Source: Chakrabartia sp.
Lineage (GTDB): Bacteria; Pseudomonadota; Alphaproteobacteria; Sphingomonadales; Sphingomonadaceae
Reading direction: 5' to 3'
Assembly: GCA_046091025.1 (NCBI GenBank)
Contig: JBJTAW010000247.1
Location: 1 to 34,203, forward strand
DNA: 34,203 bases
A program made the translations under genes and the position numbers. Shown piece after piece: positions 27,735 to 34,203 of the stretch (positions within the stretch are counted from its first letter, which is position 1; every line of letters starts with the position of its first letter). Under the pieces are notes generated by a model. It did no database searches, was not told the DNA's origin, and worked only from the letters and a program-made list of their open reading frames with translations.

Positions 27735-30700
27735 TCAGGCGGCGGGGGCCGGTTCGGCATCCGTGCGTACAGCGGGCGGTTCCGCCCCGCGCACGATCAG
27801 CAGATACATGACGGGGGTGACGATCCGGCTTAGGAAGGTGGAGGAAATAAGCCCCCCAATAATCACCCAGGCCAGCGGCGAATAAAGCTGGCTTCCCGAA
27901 AGCGCGAGCGGCAGCAGACCGCCAATGGCTGTCACCGATGTCAGGAGGACCGGTAGAAACCGAATCTCCCCCGCTTGTTCAATCGCATCGCGCAACCCAA
28001 GACCGCGCTGGCGCAATTGGGTGGTGAAATCGACCAATAGGATGGAGTTTTTAATCTCAATTCCAATCAGCGCGACAAAGCCGATAACCGCCAAGAAGGA
28101 GAGCGAATTTCCGGTGAGGAGCAACGCCACCAGCCCGCCAAATAATCCAAGCGGAATGACACCCGCCACAACAGCCACTTCGCGAAAGCGACCAAATTCG
28201 GCGACCAGAACGGCCAAAATGCCAAATACGGCCAATAGGACCAGCCCCCCCAGGCCAGAGTTGTTGCGTGCGGCCACTTCCGCTTCGCCGCCCACGCTCG
28301 AGACATAGCCGGGGGGCAATTTGATCTCTGCGAGCCGTGCGACCACAGCCTCATTCACCTTGGACGGAAGCGAACCATCGGTGACAAAGGAGGAGACGGT
28401 CACCGCGCGTTCCAGCTTATAGCGATTAACCTTGGAGGGGGCGGAGTCGAGTTCTGGCCGTGTGACTTGGGACAGGGGAACACTCCCCCCGCTTTGCGAC
28501 GATACATAAATGCTATCGAGCGCGGAGATGGGCTGGCTCGTCGCGAGCGGCAGCCGCACCGTCACGGGATAACTATCCCCTTCCGCATCGCGAAATGCGC
28601 TGGCGCGTTCGCCCGAAATTGCCAGCCGCATCGTCCGTTTGACGGCGTCTGGAGCGACATTCAACAGTCCGGCTTTTTCCTGATCGACTTGCAGGTTGAG
28701 GTCGATTCGGTCGATGGCCAACGGGTCTTTTACATCGCGTGTGCCCGGCGTTGTCCGCATGACATCGGCAATCTCGCCGGACAGTCTTTTCAGCACGGCG
28801 AGATCAGGGCCACGCACGCGAATGGCGATGGGCGCTTCAATGGGCGGCCCTTGGTCAAATTGGATCACGCTGACCTGCGCATCCGGCACGCGGGAGAGAT
28901 CGTCGCGCAATTGCGCAATGAAGGCGGGGGACTCACGCGGCGACCATTTTTTGAGCGTGACGAAGAGTTCGCCATAGCTGGGGTCAAATTCTCGCGGGAT
29001 GTTATTGTAATAAATTTGCGGATTGCCGCGCCCGCTATTTTCCATAACCGAATCAACTTCTGGCAAGGCCTGAACGCGCTGCGCCATGCGCCGCACAATC
29101 GCGTCTGTTTTGCTAATGCCGCTGCCTTCGGGCGCTTCGATGCGAACCACGAAATAGGGCGCATCGGCTTTGGGAAATAGGCTGAACCCCAAAATAGGAA
29201 CGGCGGCAAAGGCGAGGAAGCAGGCCCCCATTGCGCTCCACAGGGACTTATGCGGATTCTCCAGCGCCCAATGCAGAAGTGGTTTGTAAAAACGCTCAAT
29301 CTTCTCCTGCAACCAGCACAGAAATTGATTGCCCTCACTCGTCTGGTGGGGTTCCAAAATACGGCTGGCGACAAAGGGGACGATGGTCAGCGAGACAATC
29401 AGCGATGCCGACACCGTCACCAGCACCGCCATGGGCAGGCCGCGCACAAAATCGCCTGAGGTTTCCGGCAGATTGGCAACGGGCAGAAACGCAAAGAGCA
29501 GCACCCCAGTTGACCCCAACACGGCCATCGTAATTTCTTTTGTGCCGCGGATGGCGGCCTCGGCGCGGGCCGCCCCCATACGCAAATGCCGCTCAATATT
29601 TTCGGTCACAACAATGGAGTCGTCCACCAAAAGCCCCAAGGCGACGATAAAGCCCGAAATGCTGATTTGGTTGAGCGAATAGCCAAGCGCATTCATCGAA
29701 ATAATGCCGATCGCCAGCGATGTGGGAATGGAGATCATCACCACCAAAGACGCGCGGAATCCAAGCGGCAGCAAGGTGATCAGAACCAGCGCGAGAGCGA
29801 TGGCAAAATCAATGCCCAATTGCCCCAGCTTGCGTTCAATATCCCCGGATTGATCAAAGGCGATTTCCAGCTTCATATCCGGCGGCAAGGTGGCGCGCGC
29901 CGCCTCGACTGATTTGCCGAGAGACTCGCGCAAGCGGATTGTGTCCGTCTTGTCCTTTTTGCGCACGGTGATGAAGACGGCGCGTTCGCCATTATAGCGC
30001 GTGATGTTGAGATGCTCGGCCTCTGCCCAGCGGACATCGGCAACCTCCCCCACGGTCACAAGCTGGCCATTGCCGCCGCGCAAGGGAACGGCGCGGACAT
30101 CATCCAGACTGCGAAAGGCGCCGCCCGCCTTCACGTTAAAGCGCCGCCCGCCGGAATCGACCGCCCCTGCCGGAACATCGGCCCCGCCACCCGCCACCGC
30201 TGCGGCCACGGCTGCTGCTGGTATCCGGGCCTCGGCCAATTTGGCGGTGTTGAGCGCAACACGGACTTCGGGTGTGGCCATGCCAAATGTGGATACAGCG
30301 CGCACGCCCGGCACAACGGCCAGCCGATCATTGATATCTTGCGCATATTTTTCCATCCGGCGCCAAGACGCCCCTTTGCTGACCACAGCCAGCTGCACGA
30401 CAGCGGATTCGGTTGTGCGGGGTCGGCGCATTTCCAGCCGGGCAAGGCCCGCCGGCAATTGCGGCCGGATGCCGTTGACCTCCCGCACGGTGCGGTCCAG
30501 CGCCTGTTCGCTATCGGTGCCATATTCAAATTCCACCGTAATCACGGCCAGACCGTCGCTGGTGGTCGACCGTATGTCGCGCACATTGTCGAGGCCCTGA
30601 AGGACGGTCTCAATCGGCTTGGCGACCGTTTCCTCCACATCGGCGGCGTCAGCCCCCGGCAAGACGGCCGTTACGATGGTGAAGGGAATGGGAAAATAGG

Positions 30701-30812
30701 GGTCAACGGATCGTGGGATTGACAGCAGGGAGTTCACCCGCAGCAGGCACACCAATATGAAGCCGACAAGTGTGAGCTGCCAGCGCCGAACCGCAAAGTC
30801 GGTAATGTTCAC
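27735..30812 (-). CDS. RND efflux permease, AcrB/AcrD/AcrF family
   Basis: 1025 aa; proton-relay residues in LLVDDSIVVTEN, IKNSILLVDF and RFLPVLLTS. Confidence 0.95.
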   Translation of the reverse strand: MNITDFAVRRWQLTLVGFILVCLLRVNSLLSIPRSVDPYFPIPFTIVTAVLPGADAADVEETVAKPIETVLQGLDNVRDIRSTTSDGLAVITVEFEYGTDSEQALDRTVREVNGIRPQLPAGLARLEMRRPRTTESAVVQLAVVSKGASWRRMEKYAQDINDRLAVVPGVRAVSTFGMATPEVRVALNTAKLAEARIPAAAVAAAVAGGGADVPAGAVDSGGRRFNVKAGGAFRSLDDVRAVPLRGGNGQLVTVGEVADVRWAEAEHLNITRYNGERAVFITVRKKDKTDTIRLRESLGKSVEAARATLPPDMKLEIAFDQSGDIERKLGQLGIDFAIALALVLITLLPLGFRASLVVMISIPTSLAIGIISMNALGYSLNQISISGFIVALGLLVDDSIVVTENIERHLRMGAARAEAAIRGTKEITMAVLGSTGVLLFAFLPVANLPETSGDFVRGLPMAVLVTVSASLIVSLTIVPFVASRILEPHQTSEGNQFLCWLQEKIERFYKPLLHWALENPHKSLWSAMGACFLAFAAVPILGFSLFPKADAPYFVVRIEAPEGSGISKTDAIVRRMAQRVQALPEVDSVMENSGRGNPQIYYNNIPREFDPSYGELFVTLKKWSPRESPAFIAQLRDDLSRVPDAQVSVIQFDQGPPIEAPIAIRVRGPDLAVLKRLSGEIADVMRTTPGTRDVKDPLAIDRIDLNLQVDQEKAGLLNVAPDAVKRTMRLAISGERASAFRDAEGDSYPVTVRLPLATSQPISALDSIYVSSQSGGSVPLSQVTRPELDSAPSKVNRYKLERAVTVSSFVTDGSLPSKVNEAVVARLAEIKLPPGYVSSVGGEAEVAARNNSGLGGLVLLAVFGILAVLVAEFGRFREVAVVAGVIPLGLFGGLVALLLTGNSLSFLAVIGFVALIGIEIKNSILLVDFTTQLRQRGLGLRDAIEQAGEIRFLPVLLTSVTAIGGLLPLALSGSQLYSPLAWVIIGGLISSTFLSRIVTPVMYLLIVRGAEPPAVRTDAEPAPAA

Positions 30813-31855
30813 TGGGCCCCACCCACAGGGCGCACGATCATGCCGTCGCGCAATTGATCAAGCGCACTGGTCGCGACCCGATCCCCCCGGGCAAGGCCGG
30901 AGAGCACGTAAATGCCGTCATCGCGCGTTTCGGCAAGCTGCACAGGCCGCAACCGGGCGCGGTTGCTTTTGTCGATCACAAAGACAAAGCCTTCGCCTGC
31001 CCGTGCCGAAAAAAGAGCACCCGCGGGCAGAAGAAGCCGGGCGGCTTGTGATGCAGTGGTTGTGCCCTGTGTTTCAATGGTCACACGGCCCACCAAGCCA
31101 GATCGAAGGCCCGGCGCATTGGGCAGGCTGATTTCCACCTGAAACGCGCCAGTCGCCCGATCCGACTGGCCGCCAATTTCAATCACCTTGCCGACAAGCG
31201 GCCGGTCGGGTGCCGCATCAAGCCGGACAAGGGCCGGCGCGCCAAGCGCAATGTCCACACTTTGCCGATCTGAAAGCGGCGCGCGCAGCACAAAGCCGCC
31301 GGACTGTTCGGCGAGAACGACCACAGGACTGCCCGCGGCTACCACTTCGCGCGGCTCTGCAAGGCGCGCGAGAATTAGGCCGTCACTGGGCGCATAAATC
31401 CGGGCCGTGTCCGCAGCAAATCGGCGGGCGCGGACATTGGCGCTGGCGGCATCCAATGCGGCGCGCGCATTGTCCAGCCGGGTTTGCGTGACCCAGCCCT
31501 TGTCCTTCAACGTTGATGTTCTTTGATAGTCGGCGCGCGTCCGGCGCTCTTCGGCTTGGGCGGCATCAAGCCCGGCGGCCACCTGATCCATATCGAGGGC
31601 GGCCAGCAATTGCCCCTTGGTCACCCGGTCGCCTTCATTGACCGTCAGCGCCGAAATCTGCCCCGCCGTTGTAAAGCCCAGCTGCAATTCCCGCCGGGCC
31701 GCAACACTGCCAACGGCGATGAGCTGATTGCCGCCTTGCGCCGCGCCAATCAGAGCGGTTTTAACAGAGGGTATTTTTTCGGGAACGGTGCTGGGCGCGT
31801 CTGAACAGGCAGATGTTGCCACAAGAAGCAGAAGCACAGAGAAGATAGCCCGCAC
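30809..31855 (-). CDS. RND efflux periplasmic adaptor (membrane fusion lipoprotein)
   Basis: Lipobox TSAC; lipoyl-like half motifs VNEGDRVTKGQLLA and IYAPSDG; LRSGLVG; 4-bp overlap with the permease. Confidence 0.93.
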   Translation of the reverse strand: MRAIFSVLLLLVATSACSDAPSTVPEKIPSVKTALIGAAQGGNQLIAVGSVAARRELQLGFTTAGQISALTVNEGDRVTKGQLLAALDMDQVAAGLDAAQAEERRTRADYQRTSTLKDKGWVTQTRLDNARAALDAASANVRARRFAADTARIYAPSDGLILARLAEPREVVAAGSPVVVLAEQSGGFVLRAPLSDRQSVDIALGAPALVRLDAAPDRPLVGKVIEIGGQSDRATGAFQVEISLPNAPGLRSGLVGRVTIETQGTTTASQAARLLLPAGALFSARAGEGFVFVIDKSNRARLRPVQLAETRDDGIYVLSGLARGDRVATSALDQLRDGMIVRPVGGAQ

Positions 31856-31880
31856 GCGACGACTTTCTTAAAAGAGGATC

Positions 31881-31896
31881 ACTAATTCGTATCAGT
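31881..31896. promoter_or_regulatory. Imperfect palindrome, putative repressor operator in the RND promoter
   Basis: ACTAATTCGTATCAGT (12/16 self-complementary), overlapping the spacer and -10 of a minus-strand TTGCAA-N18-TAGTGA promoter candidate. Confidence 0.4.
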
Positions 31897-31993
31897 TTTA
31901 GTTTGCAACGTAAAGGGTGCGCTTGCATTGATATGAACAGGCTGATCTGTGGGGCGCTCGACAGTTGAACGCCCAAGGCTTAAGGGCCGCGCC

Positions 31994-32332
31994 ATGACAC
32001 ATGCCGATGTTGAAACCGGGGTTAAGCGCCCTGAAATTTGCACCACCATGACAGAGGTTCGGGCGGGCGTTGACGCGATTGACCGCCAGCTTGTTGACCT
32101 GCTGGCCCTGCGCTTTGGCTATATGGATGCCGCCGCGCGCATTAAGGATAGCAGAGCAGCGGTGCGGGATGAGGCACGCAAGGCAGAAGTCATTGCGAAT
32201 GTGCGCAAGGCCGCTGGCGCAGCGGGACTGCCCGAAGATATTCTGGCGCAGCTTTGGGACCAGCTGGTGGAAGCGTCCATTGCCTATGAATTGGATCAAT
32301 TTGATCAGCGGACGGCCAAGGACGCGGGATAA
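31994..32332 (+). CDS. Chorismate mutase type II / isochorismate-pyruvate lyase (AroQ/PchB fold)
   Basis: MTEVRAGVDAIDRQLVDLLALRFGYMDAAARIK, VRDEAR, SIAYE. Confidence 0.88.
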   Translation: MTHADVETGVKRPEICTTMTEVRAGVDAIDRQLVDLLALRFGYMDAAARIKDSRAAVRDEARKAEVIANVRKAAGAAGLPEDILAQLWDQLVEASIAYELDQFDQRTAKDAG

Positions 32333-32366
32333 TGCTTGCGATCTCGCGCGCACCGCAGCTCGAAAA

Positions 32367-32422
32367 TCAAAAAACCCGGCCTAAACTGGGCTTTTAAGCG
32401 CAGCCAAGGGCCGGGTTTTTGA
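32367..32422. terminator. Bidirectional intrinsic-terminator-like inverted repeat
   Basis: TCAAAAAACCCGGCC ... GGCCGGGTTTTTGA; T-tracts on both strands. Confidence 0.6.
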
Positions 32423-32446
32423 GTGTCTGGATGAGGCGTCCAGACG

Positions 32447-32525
32447 AAATGGTGCGCGGCGCAGTCCTGAGCGAAGAGGTCTCTGCCAATCATTTACCTG
32501 TTTCTGGGGAATTTTCAGGGACAGG
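32447..32525 (-). mobile_element. Degenerate tRNA-3'-like attachment-site remnant at an island boundary
   Basis: Minus strand GAGACCTCTTCGCTCAGGACTGCGCCGCGCACCA ends in CCA and is followed by hairpins; adjoins the terminase/recombinase relic. Confidence 0.45.
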
Positions 32526-32597
32526 CCTATAAACCTTCCTCTTGTGGGCTAATTACTCGCCAGCAAGCGAAGCTTACGAGCGGGCTGTCGCGCCGTC

Positions 32598-33545
32598 ATG
32601 CAGGCGCCCAGGTACAAAGCGCTCTTCCCTCAAACTCGGCTCAGCGCCGATAAGCATCAGGAAAGCAATTACGAAACCACCAAGCGGGGTTACCGTTATG
32701 CAACCTCAGTCGGCGGAACGCTGACGGGCCGGGGCGGCAATCTCATTATCATCGATGATCCCTTAAAGCCTGAAGACGCAATGTCAGAAGCAAAGCGGGA
32801 GGCCGTCAACGCCTGGTACAGCCGAACCCTGCTCTCCCGTCTTAACAACAAAGCGCAAGATGCGATCATACTTGTGCAGCAGCGGCTCCATCTTGATGAT
32901 CTTGCAGGGCATGTTGAACGGACAGATAAGACGGACACCAGTCCCAAATGGCGCATCAACGCACATGACATCGAGCAGCTGACGACCAATAGGGTTGCCC
33001 AATATCTCAACAGCCCTGCAGAGGTATCAAAGCTTGCAGGTCAAGACGTAGAAGCGATGACCCTGCAAAACGCGCTTGCCCAAGCTGACCTTGCAGCAAC
33101 CACGCTTAGGAGCGGCACGCCAGGCAATAAGCACAAGCTGATCACCAGACTAATCGAAAGGGTCACGCTCCATGCAGACCGCATTGAGATAGTTATCAGC
33201 CTGGCCAAGCTTAGAGAGCAGCTGCACCTGCCTCAATCCAGCCAGCGCAAGCCGATCACACTCACAGTTGAGGCGACCCGAGCGCGCAAGGGTCATCAGA
33301 TCAGATTAGTTATCCCGGGAGCGGAACAGCAGGCAGCTAAGCCAAAACTGCCGAAGCGCAACGACAAGGCGGTCCTGAAGCTTGCTGACGCCTTTGAAGC
33401 GCGCAGGCTGGTTATGGAGAACCCGACCTTATCGCTCGCGGCTATCGCAAAGGCGCATGGGCGATGTCACAAGCAGTTGGCAAAGCTAGTGAAGCGGTCA
33501 TGTGTTGATCCCGAAAAATTGATATCTCTTATCCGAAACGATTAA
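32598..33545 (+). pseudogene. Chimeric relic: internal fragment of phage terminase large subunit fused in frame to the C-terminal part of a large serine recombinase
   Basis: N-half ATSVGGTLTGRGGNLIIIDDPLKP...WYSRTLLSRLN...QRLHLDDLAGH (terminase, Walker B, no Walker A); C-half WRINAHDIEQ...LIERVTLHADRIEI...IRLVIPG...SLAAIAKAHG...LVKRSCVDP. Confidence 0.7.
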
Positions 33546-33567
33546 AGGGCAATTTATCGACAGCAGC

Positions 33568-34203
33568 CTATTTCTTGCCCTCTTCCGCCAGCACCTCTGC
33601 GAGGACCCGGTTCACCTCATATTGGTCACCATTTCTCTCAGTGGGCGCCTGCTGCTCAAAGGCAGTTCGGATTTCTTCGTAACGGTATTCTGCGGCGCGC
33701 ACGGCGTGGGCGTGTGTCATGATATAAAAATCACCCTTAAGGGCGCCGTCTATGGCTGCTTGCGCGACTTCACGCGCGGGCATACCGCGCGCTTGCACCT
33801 TCGCGTGCCTCCTGGCGGCACGGGCAGCCGCGTCCGACGACGCTGCCTTGGGAAGAGATCCAAGTGCCGTTGCTGTTAGGCCCGGGCAAAGAATGCTGAC
33901 TTTGATCTCTTCAGGCATTTCAGCGCGCAACACCTCAGCAAGCCCGAGAACGGCGTGCTTGGAGGCTGTGTAGATCGCCGCCCCCGCATGTTGGAGGCCC
34001 AGGGAATGTTCCGACCCTGTGAAACAAATATGCCCACCTTGGCCCGCATCCATCATTTGGCGAGCAAAAATGGCAGCGGTGCTCCATGCGCCGCGCACAT
34101 TAACGCCCAGGATCTTGTCGACGGTCTCTGGCGAGAATTTGACGAACCGTGATGATGAGATGATCCCAGCGTTCACGAAAACCATATCGCAGCCGCCCAT
34201 AAG
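33568..34203 (-). CDS. SDR family oxidoreductase (5' end outside the window)
   Basis: NAGI, VNVRG, YTASK (YxxxK), LCPG; the Rossmann motif would lie beyond the window edge. Confidence 0.88.
   Translation of the reverse strand, partial: LMGGCDMVFVNAGIISSSRFVKFSPETVDKILGVNVRGAWSTAAIFARQMMDAGQGGHICFTGSEHSLGLQHAGAAIYTASKHAVLGLAEVLRAEMPEEIKVSILCPGLTATALGSLPKAASSDAAARAARRHAKVQARGMPAREVAQAAIDGALKGDFYIMTHAHAVRAAEYRYEEIRTAFEQQAPTERNGDQYEVNRVLAEVLAEEGKK

Noticed and set aside
32447-32525. Functional tRNA gene
   Set aside because: No D-arm, anticodon arm or acceptor-stem pairing and no canonical GGTTCRA; kept only as an att-like remnant
32598-33545. Intact prophage or gene transfer agent
   Set aside because: Only a partial terminase; no portal, capsid or tail genes in the window

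Overview
Alphaproteobacterial chromosome segment, most likely Sphingomonadales by gene order, spanning the replication origin and partition locus. Left arm, mostly minus strand: ppsR-maf-aroE-coaE-dnaQ, hpf-ptsN-DUF1491, cell-wall hydrolase and mmcB, preceded by trcR and an MBL hydrolase on the plus strand. The oriC candidate lies between ppsR and hemE (8248-8545) and carries DnaA boxes, W-boxes and GANTC sites. Right arm: hemE-hemJ-rho-terC, several small genes, then mnmE-mnmG-rsmG-parA-parB with four parS sites (three inside coding sequence), followed by ankyrin, SCO, YcgN, YgjP-like, PBP1A and msrB genes. The accessory part holds a type III PKS / SAM methyltransferase / FAD oxidoreductase operon directly downstream of an RND efflux pair, with a divergent chorismate mutase-family gene. 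From about 32,370 there is an apparent island boundary: a tRNA-3'-like att remnant, an in-frame chimera of a phage terminase fragment and a large serine recombinase C-terminus, and a partial SDR gene. All family calls come from motif recognition; no searches were run.
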